60,583 nucleotides of DNA from an uncultured virus (IMG/VR IMGVR_UViG_3300034684_000282). Taxonomy: Duplodnaviria > Heunggongvirae > Uroviricota > Caudoviricetes. Under the pieces are notes generated by a model. It saw only the letters and a list, made by a program, of their open reading frames with translations. It had not been told where the DNA came from and did no database searches. The stretch lies in the IMG/VR virus record IMGVR_UViG_3300034684_000282; one strand, given 5' to 3'. Below, one piece after another: positions 47,058 through 55,763 of the stretch (position 1 is the stretch's first letter; each line of letters begins with the position of its first letter). The position numbers and the translations under genes are program-made.

Positions 47058-47156
47058 TGAAAAGCAAATATAGTAATAAAATTTAATTTAATAACACATA
47101 GTAAGTTAATAAGATTATAACTTAAATTATGGTTAACTATAATTTAAAAGAGTGGA

Positions 47157-47567
47157 GTGTTTAGTATGTTTAAAAATGGAGAAGTAAAGCCAAGTAATAT
47201 AGGTCGTATTCTGGCTAACGCTGATAAATCTAGCTCAAAAATGTATAAGTTTATCTTCGTCGACGAGAGTGTAGAAAACGGAGATATTATTAGCGTGTAC
47301 TACGCTAGAAAAAGTGATGTAGAAAAATGGGCTGACGAGAATCTAGACGAGTATGCTGTGATAGATTTAATTAACGCATTAGAAGGTTCACGCGAGTATG
47401 ATAACGAAACTATAGACCGGTTTGTAGATGCTATACAAGACCACGAAATTGATGCAGTTACAGTTAAAAGAGCGAGGGTTAGGTTTGACTCTTACGGTGA
47501 TCTCATACGTCCTAGTAACTGCGTAGCTCTGTACCCAACCGGTGGTTATCTGATGCTGGAACCATAA
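47157..47567 (+). CDS. hypothetical protein
   Basis: Acidic ORF with an RBS-like leader. Confidence 0.6.
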   Translation: MFSMFKNGEVKPSNIGRILANADKSSSKMYKFIFVDESVENGDIISVYYARKSDVEKWADENLDEYAVIDLINALEGSREYDNETIDRFVDAIQDHEIDAVTVKRARVRFDSYGDLIRPSNCVALYPTGGYLMLEP

Positions 47568-47676
47568 TTGTAGTTATAACCGTGTTAGTTACTGAATAGT
47601 TGGGTAAGTTTAATAGTGTGTTAGTTAAATTAGCTGCACTGGGTATCCAGTGCAGTTGTTATTAGAGGTGGTAGAA

Positions 47677-47826
47677 GTGAAAAATATTAAAAATTATAAA
47701 AATAATGTTATTCAAAAGAATATAGAGTTACAACATATATTAAACCAGTTTAGAGAAAGAGCGGAGAGAGCTGGTTTAACCGAAGAAGATGTGCAAAGAG
47801 AGGTAAAGAAAGTAAGAAGTATTTAA
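47677..47826 (+). CDS. small protein (49 aa)
   Basis: GAGGTG RBS; ...FRERAERAGLTEEDVQREVKKVRSI*. Confidence 0.55.
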   Translation: MKNIKNYKNNVIQKNIELQHILNQFRERAERAGLTEEDVQREVKKVRSI

Positions 47827-47894
47827 TATTATAAAGTTTAAGCTAAGATATAAATTATATACTTAAATTAAAAATTTTATAAATTAACTACAGT

Positions 47895-47921
47895 AAATGC
47901 TCCCTTTTGGGAGCATTTTTT
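47895..47921 (+). terminator. intrinsic terminator
   Basis: AAATGCTCCC-TTTT-GGGAGCATTT plus a T run. Confidence 0.85.
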
Positions 47922-47965
47922 ATTAAAAACCGCGGCAAAAGCTCGCGGTATTTTAAACTTATGTG

Positions 47966-47995
47966 GTTTACTTTTTCCAACAAGTGTGGTATAAT
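47966..47995 (+). promoter_or_regulatory. early promoter
   Basis: GTTTACT...GTGTGGTATAAT. Confidence 0.85.
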
Positions 47996-48038
47996 ACTAT
48001 TAATAGATAGTATAGTAGGGAAGGTGAAAAGTTAAATC

Positions 48039-48503
48039 ATGACTAAAGTAGTGCACGGAGTAGTCGAAGATTTAATTAAAGTGTTTAACACGCAGTTTTC
48101 CGGTTACGCGTACGCGTCAAGCTACAGGCCACTGGACTACAGGAGCGTAGGTTTTACGTACTGGATTAGGGGTGACGGAAAGAAGTTTAAGTCACTGGGT
48201 GAGATTTACCCCTACTCCTACGAAGTGAGGAACAGGTACGAGTTTGACTGGGCGCTGTTTGCATACGTGCCTAAATTTTGGAAATGGTTGCAGTCTCTAT
48301 CCGGCGCTGAGCTTGTTGGGAAAGTTTCTGATTGGACTGAGTTCGGTAAGCTTAAAGACGGCGTTTTATACAAGGGAATTGTCTTTATCTGCAGCGATGA
48401 GGAAAATTCTATTATAGAGTTTGGTAGTAAGAGCGAGTTTAATGACAGTAGTTTGTGGAGGATTGAAAGATTAAATAAGACACCCAACGCAAGTTCACTG
48501 TAG
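48039..48503 (+). CDS. hypothetical early protein
   Basis: First gene after an early promoter. Confidence 0.65.
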   Translation: MTKVVHGVVEDLIKVFNTQFSGYAYASSYRPLDYRSVGFTYWIRGDGKKFKSLGEIYPYSYEVRNRYEFDWALFAYVPKFWKWLQSLSGAELVGKVSDWTEFGKLKDGVLYKGIVFICSDEENSIIEFGSKSEFNDSSLWRIERLNKTPNASSL

Positions 48504-48549
48504 TTTAAAAACTACGGTTAATTTATAGAGTATATTTGGAGGGGTTAGA

Positions 48550-48762
48550 GTGGAAAGAATGGAGTTTTCAGACAGCAGTGTCTTGGCAAGCGCGGCGTTT
48601 GACGAAGCTACCAACCGACTAACCGTTGTCTTTAAGAGCGGGAGGTCCTACGACTTCTTCGACATACCTACAGACGTTTGGGTTGGACTTAAGAAAGCCG
48701 ACTCGAAGGGACGCTACTTTACCCAGAATATAAAGGGTAAGTTTAAGCCAAAAGCTTTGTAA
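48550..48762 (+). CDS. KTSC domain protein
   Basis: SS.L...FD...LTVVFKSGRSYDF..IP......L..ADSKGRYF..NIK. Confidence 0.9.
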   Translation: MERMEFSDSSVLASAAFDEATNRLTVVFKSGRSYDFFDIPTDVWVGLKKADSKGRYFTQNIKGKFKPKAL

Positions 48763-48774
48763 TGTACAACAGCT

Positions 48775-48799
48775 GCTCCCGAAAGGGAGCGTTTTTTTT
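48775..48799 (+). terminator. intrinsic terminator
   Basis: GCTCCC-GAAA-GGGAGC plus T8. Confidence 0.9.
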
Positions 48800-48843
48800 A
48801 TGCGAAAAGTATGTTAAGGGTTTTCAAATTTAAAACTCATGTA

Positions 48844-48873
48844 GTTTACTTTTTAAGACGAGTGTGTTATAAT
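48844..48873 (+). promoter_or_regulatory. early promoter
   Basis: GTTTACT...GTGTGTTATAAT. Confidence 0.85.
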
Positions 48874-48917
48874 ATAAGTGTGCGGTGATTAACTGCAGTG
48901 AGTGAGTAACGGGGGGA

Positions 48918-49877
48918 GTGGTACGGGTGGTCCTAAGTAGAATCAAACTCGAGCGCTTCACCGCCTTTGAGAGCGTAGACATCGAGCTGTTTCCCGGAGT
49001 AAACGCTTTTACGGGAGCCAACGCTACCGGAAAGACTCACGTTATGAAGGTAGCCTACGCGGCGTGTGACGTTACCAAAACGCGGCTTAACTTTGCTGAG
49101 AAGCTAACGCGCGTGTTCTTACCGTCCGGCGGAGTCCTCGGTCGCTTGGTCAAGCGATCGCCGGGTAGTGTTAAGTGCGTTGTTGAGGTGTTTCGCGACC
49201 AAGCGTACCTTACTGTATCCTTCTCTAACCGCGCTCAGAAAGTAGGGTCAGCGTCTACGGTTAACTTTGACGAGTGGGTGAAAGATCCTGTCGAAACTGT
49301 CTACATACCGGCGAAGGAAGTGCTGTCTAACGCCCCCGGCTTCCGCTCTCTGTACGCTCAGCGTGAGATACACTTTGAGGAGATATACTCCGATCTTCTT
49401 GACCGCGCGTACCGACCGGCTTTGCGCGGACCCGCCGACAGCAGCTGTAGTAGGGTTTTAGCTGAGTTAGAAAAGATTATTGGTGGCCGAGTCGTAGCTA
49501 GCGGGGAGGAGTTTTTCCTGCGAAGTAAGCGCGAGAGCTTAGAGTTTTCTCTACTCGCGGAGGGGTTGCAGAAGCTTGGGTTACTCTGGCTTCTCATTCA
49601 AAACGGTACCCTGCGTAGGGGTTCAGTGATGTTTTGGGATGAGCCTGAAACTAACCTAAACCCTGGTCTCTTTAAAATACTAACTCACACTCTCCTTGAA
49701 CTACACCGCGCGGGGGTTCAGGTTTTTATAGCAACACACAACTACGCGGTGCTTAGGGAGCTAGACTCTCAGCGAGGAAGCGGAGACAGCGTCGTGTTTC
49801 ACTCTCTGTACAGAGACGCGGTTACGAGCGAAGTACTACACCGCGCTTCGGAACGCTTGGAGGTTGGAAAAGAGTAA
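48918..49877 (+). CDS. ABC-type ATPase (AAA_15/AAA_21 family)
   Basis: GANATGKT Walker A, LAEG signature, FWDEPETNLNP Walker B/D-loop, IATH switch. Confidence 0.9.
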   Translation: MVRVVLSRIKLERFTAFESVDIELFPGVNAFTGANATGKTHVMKVAYAACDVTKTRLNFAEKLTRVFLPSGGVLGRLVKRSPGSVKCVVEVFRDQAYLTVSFSNRAQKVGSASTVNFDEWVKDPVETVYIPAKEVLSNAPGFRSLYAQREIHFEEIYSDLLDRAYRPALRGPADSSCSRVLAELEKIIGGRVVASGEEFFLRSKRESLEFSLLAEGLQKLGLLWLLIQNGTLRRGSVMFWDEPETNLNPGLFKILTHTLLELHRAGVQVFIATHNYAVLRELDSQRGSGDSVVFHSLYRDAVTSEVLHRASERLEVGKE

Positions 49878-49878
49878 A

Positions 49879-49908
49879 GTTTACTTTTTCACCGGTGTGT
49901 GTTATAAT
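49879..49908 (+). promoter_or_regulatory. early promoter
   Basis: GTTTACT...GTGTGTTATAAT. Confidence 0.85.
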
Positions 49909-49944
49909 TGTTGTAGGAAATACAGTGAGTGGAGGTATTGACCG

Positions 49945-51021
49945 GTGGATTTTAGGTACATCCCTACGTACGAAGAGTGCTTGAGTATAGTTGACAGCAA
50001 CGCTAGCTTTGTAGCAAAGAGGGAGGAGCTTGACGGTGTTCCTATCGTCTCCTTCGCGTACAGGCTGATACTATTGGAAGATTTTGCAAAGTTTAAGGGT
50101 GCGAGAAACCTAAGGGGTATTACCTTTAGGGAAGACACCGGTGAGCTTGTTGCCCTGCCGTTCCACAAGTTCTGGGGTCTAAACGAAAACGAGTACACCC
50201 AGCTAGATAGGGTTAAGTGTAAGGGAATCTTGCGTGTTACGGAGAAGTACGACGGGTCGCTGGTGTACTTTTTTATGCTTAGCGGTAAGCTCTACTGTAA
50301 GACGAAGCTCAACTCGTTTTCCGAGCAGGCCGCTCGGGCTATGAGTATCGTAGAAGAGAATAGAGCTTTGAGAGATAGTATCGTAGAGCTTATACACGGC
50401 AGCTACACCCCGCTGTTTGAGTACATTGCGCCGACTAACCAAGTCGTGATACCGTACGCCGAGGAGCGGCTGAAGTACATCTGTTCTAGAAGCATGACAG
50501 ACGGCACCTACAACTTTGACTACTTCGAGGGCTGCGACCCCGTCGACACGCTCCCTCTCGAGAGTCTAGACTCCGTTGTTAGCATGGTTAAAGACTACCG
50601 CGGCCACGAGGGTCTCGTCGTAGTGTTTAAAGACCACGACATGATTAAGGTAAAGACCGAGGAGTACACCCAGCTGCACAAGATTGCGTCTAACATCTTA
50701 AACGAGAGTACCCTAGCCTACTTAATACTAACTGAGAGCTTAGACGACGCTAAAAATACCCTCCTCTCAGCTAACTCTAACCTACTGGAGTACGTTAGCA
50801 GTTTTGAAAGGAAAGTAGTTAACTCTTACAACAAGTTCATTAAAGCCGCGGAAAACTTTTACAAGCTGAATAGAGAGCTAACTAGAAAAGACTATGCCGT
50901 TAAGGCTCAAGCAGAGTTAGACCAGACTTCCTTCGGTCTAACCATGGAGTTGTACTCTAAGGGTAAGATTGACGAGAGTAAGTTTAGGGAAAAATTTGTT
51001 AATAAGAAACTTTGGAATTAG
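49945..51021 (+). CDS. T4 Rnl1-like RNA ligase
   Basis: RGITF, PFHKFW.LNE, EKYDGSL, FEY, EGLVV, IKVKT..Y. Confidence 0.92.
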   Translation: MDFRYIPTYEECLSIVDSNASFVAKREELDGVPIVSFAYRLILLEDFAKFKGARNLRGITFREDTGELVALPFHKFWGLNENEYTQLDRVKCKGILRVTEKYDGSLVYFFMLSGKLYCKTKLNSFSEQAARAMSIVEENRALRDSIVELIHGSYTPLFEYIAPTNQVVIPYAEERLKYICSRSMTDGTYNFDYFEGCDPVDTLPLESLDSVVSMVKDYRGHEGLVVVFKDHDMIKVKTEEYTQLHKIASNILNESTLAYLILTESLDDAKNTLLSANSNLLEYVSSFERKVVNSYNKFIKAAENFYKLNRELTRKDYAVKAQAELDQTSFGLTMELYSKGKIDESKFREKFVNKKLWN

Positions 51022-51053
51022 TTAATAAAATTTATAAGCGTGAAAGGGAGAGT

Positions 51054-52124
51054 ATGATGAAAAGACGCCGACTCGAGGAGTACTTTATCGATAACTACAC
51101 GGAAATTTTCCGTAGAATGAAAGACTGCGACCACGGAAACGACGGCTCCTTAAACCCGTACCACCTCGAAGGTTCCGTCTGGAACCACACCCAGATGGTT
51201 TTAGACGCACTCGGTGCTGAGACTAACAGCACGCTGCTGCTGGCCGCTCTCTTACACGACGTTGGAAAGCCGTTTGTGAGAGTTGTAGAGGGTGACAGGG
51301 TGTGGTTTAGCGGGCACACCGGCCGCGGCGCGATGGAAGCAATTGACATAGTTAAGGACGTTAAAGCAAACTTAGACGACTTTAGCGACGCTAACACTGT
51401 GTACGTGCTGAACTTAATTAGCCTACACCATTTGTTCTTTAACTACCTGCTGTCTGAGATAACCGAGGGTACGGCGCGAAAACTCTACGAAAAGTTAAAG
51501 TACTTTGACTACGAGTTTGTCTACCTACTGTACAAGCTTTGCCTCGCTGACCGTAGGGGAAGGCTAACGACTACCGGTAGTGACTGCGGTCGGATCGTAC
51601 GCTTGTTCAGCTTAGTTAACTCACTGTTGTACAGCGCTTACCAAAACCCACTTAAAGACAGAGAGTATACCAACGAGGTGATCTTTAACGTGGGCATACC
51701 GTACTCTGGGAAAAGCTACGGGTCCGCTGGCTACGGGAAAAACTACACCGTAATTTCTAGAGATGACTTAATCACCGATAAGTTTAAGCAGTGCACTTAT
51801 AACGAAGCTTGGGAGTTAGTTGACCACAACTTGGTAAACGCGGAGCTGCTAGACAACCTAAGGAAGGCTGTGCGTAACAGAGAGAACGTTGTGGTAGACA
51901 TGACTAACTTAAGTAGAAAATCAAGAAATACCAAGCGGTGTGTGTTTCCACCCAGTTACAAGAAAACAGCCAACGTGTACTATACGGGGTTAAGCACCGT
52001 TAGGAGTCGGGTGGGTAAGAGAACTGACAAGTACGTTCCGTGGAGTGTGGTGGAAGAAAAGATGAACTCCTACAGTACACCGCTGTACGACGAGTTTGAC
52101 GAAATCAACTTTATCGTACAGTGA
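51054..52124 (+). CDS. HD phosphoesterase - polynucleotide kinase fusion (HD-Pnk-like)
   Basis: H.EGSVWNHT, LLHDVGK, ADRRGR; then GIPYSGKS, ISRDD, VVDMTNLSRKSR. Confidence 0.85.
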   Translation: MMKRRRLEEYFIDNYTEIFRRMKDCDHGNDGSLNPYHLEGSVWNHTQMVLDALGAETNSTLLLAALLHDVGKPFVRVVEGDRVWFSGHTGRGAMEAIDIVKDVKANLDDFSDANTVYVLNLISLHHLFFNYLLSEITEGTARKLYEKLKYFDYEFVYLLYKLCLADRRGRLTTTGSDCGRIVRLFSLVNSLLYSAYQNPLKDREYTNEVIFNVGIPYSGKSYGSAGYGKNYTVISRDDLITDKFKQCTYNEAWELVDHNLVNAELLDNLRKAVRNRENVVVDMTNLSRKSRNTKRCVFPPSYKKTANVYYTGLSTVRSRVGKRTDKYVPWSVVEEKMNSYSTPLYDEFDEINFIVQ

Positions 52125-52151
52125 GTTTGACCGAATACCTAAACTGTAGCT

Positions 52152-52181
52152 GTGTACAAACCCAACGGTTTGTGGTATAAT
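52152..52181 (+). promoter_or_regulatory. early promoter
   Basis: GTGTACA...TGTGGTATAAT. Confidence 0.75.
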
Positions 52182-52214
52182 ATTACTAGAAAATATAAGA
52201 AAAAAGGGAGTCAA

Positions 52215-52436
52215 ATGACTGCGAGGGAATTTTGCTGGAATTACGCTGTAACGTACGATATACCTATGGAAGCGGTACTTCACCTTTTGGACATCTACCT
52301 TGCTGAGGTAGCGCCGGTGCAGTATGTTGACTATCCAAACAGCGAGCTACCTGAAGAGTTTGTCACAGCTCTTGACGAGCCGGCCAACTTTGACGAATTT
52401 TTTAAAGCGTTTTTAGAGGAGGTGTGTGACGAGTAG
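52215..52436 (+). CDS. hypothetical protein
   Basis: ATG after a GGGAG RBS, downstream of the promoter. Confidence 0.6.
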   Translation: MTAREFCWNYAVTYDIPMEAVLHLLDIYLAEVAPVQYVDYPNSELPEEFVTALDEPANFDEFFKAFLEEVCDE

Positions 52437-52438
52437 TT

Positions 52439-52681
52439 ATGACGGATGTTTTAAAACTCAACCTGAAGCCGAATGCGATGTCGTGGAGCGACGTGATGGA
52501 CCTCTGCGACAAGATTCCGCAGGATATCAAGGACCGGCTAGTGCTAGCCGTTGACAAGGACGATCCTTGGGTTGAGGACGCTCTAGAGCACCTCGGTAGG
52601 CAGGACGAGCCTGAACCGATAACACACCTCTTCGGTTTCAAGGTTCGCCTTGTGGAAACTACAACGTGGCGTCGCGAGTAA
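52439..52681 (+). CDS. hypothetical protein
   Basis: Operon packing with the preceding gene. Confidence 0.6.
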   Translation: MTDVLKLNLKPNAMSWSDVMDLCDKIPQDIKDRLVLAVDKDDPWVEDALEHLGRQDEPEPITHLFGFKVRLVETTTWRRE

Positions 52682-52705
52682 AAAGTATAAGGAGGGAAGT
52701 TTTAA

Positions 52706-52912
52706 GTGAGGCTTGACCTAAGCTACCCGCTACCCGAGTACGATCTAAACGGTAACGAGATTACTCCCGATAACCCACCGAAGTGTGAGTACTGTCATGA
52801 CCAAGGGTATGTTATTACCGGGGCTCCAAGTTACGAGGTTAAGCAGTGTCCGTTCTGCGACGCTTTAGAACAGCGGCGAAAGAAACGTAATACTAAAACT
52901 ACTTCACTTTAG
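52706..52912 (+). CDS. small zinc-ribbon protein
   Basis: CEYCHDQGY...CPFC; GGAGG RBS. Confidence 0.65.
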   Translation: MRLDLSYPLPEYDLNGNEITPDNPPKCEYCHDQGYVITGAPSYEVKQCPFCDALEQRRKKRNTKTTSL

Positions 52913-53023
52913 TGGACTAACCGCAGCTTTAAAACCGCAGTCTTCCTGCTTCAGCGACCACAAAACTTCGCGATCTCCACAGGCGTAGATTCCCTGCGTC
53001 CCGCAGGTACGTGGTACACTCGG
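52912..53023 (-). mobile_element. IS605/TnpB right-end (omega-RNA-like) remnant without tnpB
   Basis: Minus strand reads ACCTGCGGGACGCAGGGAATCTACGCCTGTGGAGA...GTCGCTGAAGCAGGAAG...TAGTCCAC. Confidence 0.75.
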
Positions 53024-53077
53024 TGTTTCTATAACATTAATTTATATTTTGCAACTATAAGAAAGGAGAGGACGACA

Positions 53078-53497
53078 GTGAGTTCTAAAAGTAAGTGCGT
53101 AAGCGTGCAGAGGGAGATGAACCTAGCCCCATTAGGTAAGATTAAGGTAGTCAGCGAGAGGATCCTCATCAACGGTGAGCCGTTTTACAGAGTACAGCAT
53201 GTTGAAGCTGCTCCCATGAATAAACTTCCTAGCTCATATATGAGCGGTTACCCGCACTGCTGCTACGTGTGTACGTATAACTCGGAATATTTAGACGTTT
53301 CGTGGACTGACAACGGTAGGGTGGTTAACCGCTCTCTTATGGTAGGAAAAGTGTACACGGTGCGTGACTTTGAAATGATTATGATGTATGTTAAAGACGC
53401 CGGTGAGCGTCTCTCTAGCATGCTCAGAGACTGGAAAAAAATGTGTATCGTTGACGGTGTTAACACGTGGAAAGGGACTAGGGTTGACACAGTGTAG
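53078..53497 (+). CDS. hypothetical protein
   Basis: AGGAGAGG RBS. Confidence 0.65.
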   Translation: MSSKSKCVSVQREMNLAPLGKIKVVSERILINGEPFYRVQHVEAAPMNKLPSSYMSGYPHCCYVCTYNSEYLDVSWTDNGRVVNRSLMVGKVYTVRDFEMIMMYVKDAGERLSSMLRDWKKMCIVDGVNTWKGTRVDTV

Positions 53498-53551
53498 GTT
53501 AAAGAAGTAAGAAAACAGTAGCAACGTCTAAGCTAAAAGGGAAATGGTAGA

Positions 53552-54121
53552 ATGTTAGAAACAGACAGTGTAGTTGCTAAAGCTATCGGTGAACATGAGG
53601 AGTGGCTACGTAGTTGGGGAGAGCGTGGAAAGCGAGCTAAGATACAGGATGTCTCGCTGTGGGGTAGCAGTGTGTTTCGCGACAGGGACCTACGCTACGC
53701 TAGTTTTAAAAATGTTGCCTTCACTGAGTGTGACTTTAGTAGGGCTAACTTGGTCGGCGCGGAGTTGCAGGGGAACTTCAGCCGGAGTGTCTTTAAGCAC
53801 GCTGACTTAAGTCACGTTAACGCGTACGGAGCTAACTTTGAGAACGCGTGTTTGTTCAACGCTAGCTTACACAAAGCGGTGCTGAGCAAAGCTAGCATGC
53901 GCGGCACTGACTTGAGGGGCAGCACCGTGTGTTGGGCGCTGCTCTCCGAGACTGACCTAAGAAACGCTGAGCTTGACGAGTACGTGGTGTTTGAGATAAT
54001 GAGACTCTACTGGGGTGTTGTTAACTCAGAATTCAGCGGTGACAGGGGAGCTCGCCGTAACATGCCCCTGTTAGACGACTACGTATATGAATTTATGCGT
54101 GGGTTTGCCTTTGGTGGTTAA
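53552..54121 (+). CDS. pentapeptide repeat protein
   Basis: HEEWL...G.RA N-terminus; A(D/N)Lxx repeats. Confidence 0.9.
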   Translation: MLETDSVVAKAIGEHEEWLRSWGERGKRAKIQDVSLWGSSVFRDRDLRYASFKNVAFTECDFSRANLVGAELQGNFSRSVFKHADLSHVNAYGANFENACLFNASLHKAVLSKASMRGTDLRGSTVCWALLSETDLRNAELDEYVVFEIMRLYWGVVNSEFSGDRGARRNMPLLDDYVYEFMRGFAFGG

Positions 54122-54167
54122 GAAAAAATAAGATAAATAGTATTAAGATTTTAAGGGGAAGGTTGCC

Positions 54168-55127
54168 GTGAACGTACTGTTTAAGACAATCTTTGGGTCA
54201 CACTTATACGGAACGGAAACTGATAACAGCGATTTAGACTACAAGGCTGTCTACGCTCCGGCGTTAGAAGACTTAGTCCTTGGCAAGGTTGACGTTGACT
54301 CAAGCATTCGAGAGTCTAACAAAGTAGACGCTAACGCTAAGTCAGACGCTAGCGTGTACGAAGTTGAATACTATTCGTTGCACAAGTTTCTAAAACACGT
54401 TGTGGAGGGCCAGACTGTAGCTATCGACATGCTGTATGCTCCAGCGCGGTTCTGGGTAGGGAGAGTGCACAACTTTTGGGTTGCCAGTGTTGTAACTAAG
54501 AGGGAGAAGTTTTTAAGTAAGAACTTGGGTAGGTTCGTGCAGTACGCGGTGAGGCAGGCTGCTAAGTACGGCATCAAGGGCAGCCGGCTGAACACCGTTA
54601 GCAAGTACTTGCGCTATCTTGAGAGTGTCGATAAGAATACTAGACTCGTAGACATAGCTAGCGAGTTAGAGTTACTAACCGACGAACACTCCGAGGTGCA
54701 ACGTGTGGACGACAACCCCAGCAAGTCAATGCTGGTCGTCTGCGGTAAGAAGTTTCCACTCACGGTAAGAGTATGCCGAGTGCTGGAACCGCTAGGGAGG
54801 TTTGTTGACAAGTACGGCAAGAGAGCCGAGCTAGCGGCTGAAGACGAGGGAGTAGACAAGAAAGCTTGTAGCCATGCTTTCAGGGCGGCGCTCGAAGTAC
54901 GGGAACTCGTGATGACTAGAAACTTGGTCTTTCCACTTAGAGACAGGCAGTTCTTGGTAGACGTTAAGACTGGTAAGCTAGCGTACAAAGAGTTTGCCCC
55001 GATGCTTGAAGACTTGATAGACGAAGTCAGCAACTTAGTAAGGGAGTCAGACTTGCCGGAGACCCCGCAGGTTAGCGTAGACGACATTGTCAGAGAGTAC
55101 TACTCGCTGCACGACAATAGAGTTTGA
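54168..55127 (+). CDS. Pol-beta superfamily nucleotidyltransferase (RlaP / T4 NrdC.11-like)
   Basis: FGSHLYGT....SDLDYK; KA.SHAFR; L.FPL....FL..VK.G. Confidence 0.85.
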   Translation: MNVLFKTIFGSHLYGTETDNSDLDYKAVYAPALEDLVLGKVDVDSSIRESNKVDANAKSDASVYEVEYYSLHKFLKHVVEGQTVAIDMLYAPARFWVGRVHNFWVASVVTKREKFLSKNLGRFVQYAVRQAAKYGIKGSRLNTVSKYLRYLESVDKNTRLVDIASELELLTDEHSEVQRVDDNPSKSMLVVCGKKFPLTVRVCRVLEPLGRFVDKYGKRAELAAEDEGVDKKACSHAFRAALEVRELVMTRNLVFPLRDRQFLVDVKTGKLAYKEFAPMLEDLIDEVSNLVRESDLPETPQVSVDDIVREYYSLHDNRV

Positions 55128-55417
55128 CCGTTGCTACTCTTATCACCGCTGTCGTCTTGAGTATTCACGAATAGTTCTTCAAACAGTGCCGTTAGTATAC
55201 TGTCTTTGTCAACTCTGAAGCTGTCGGTTAGTAGTAGAATAGTGTCTATTAAATCGTCACACTGTGTATACGTGCGTTCAAGTTTAAAATCATTGCTAAT
55301 AGAGAACGCTAGAGCTGTCGAGTATATTTCTCTACTATAGTTTGTCAAACTTACATAGTAGTTTAATAACCAATACTCAGTGTTAAAGTTTGGCTTTAGA
55401 ATACTAATGTAGTCCAT
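55100..55417 (-). CDS. hypothetical protein
   Basis: GGAGG RBS on the minus strand; AAATTAAT motif upstream. Confidence 0.6.
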   Translation of the reverse strand: MDYISILKPNFNTEYWLLNYYVSLTNYSREIYSTALAFSISNDFKLERTYTQCDDLIDTILLLTDSFRVDKDSILTALFEELFVNTQDDSGDKSSNGQTLLSCSE

Positions 55418-55482
55418 TTCTTAAACCTCCGTATAGTTCATGCTCTTATACTTTATGCTACATTATTAATTTTTAAGGGAGA

Positions 55483-55671
55483 GTGCTGTTTATGCTAGAG
55501 GTTAAGGGAAGGTACGTTGGAACGGTAAGAGGCTACGGCGCTCCAGTCATTTTAACCGGTGAGAGTAATAAACTTGTTAATAATTTTTCTAGCTGGTCAC
55601 AGTTTAGGGAATGGGTTGGTGAAAACGACTATACTTTTAAGGGTAACCTAGTTTATAAAAAGATCGATTAA
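55483..55671 (+). CDS. small hypothetical protein
   Basis: GGGAG RBS. Confidence 0.45.
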   Translation: MLFMLEVKGRYVGTVRGYGAPVILTGESNKLVNNFSSWSQFREWVGENDYTFKGNLVYKKID

Positions 55672-55763
55672 AGTTGACTGTTGTTTTTTCGACAGCTGAT
55701 AAATTAATATACAGGTGTAGCTGCGCAGCTACGTAAAACTAAGCTTAGGGGTGATGCTGTAGT

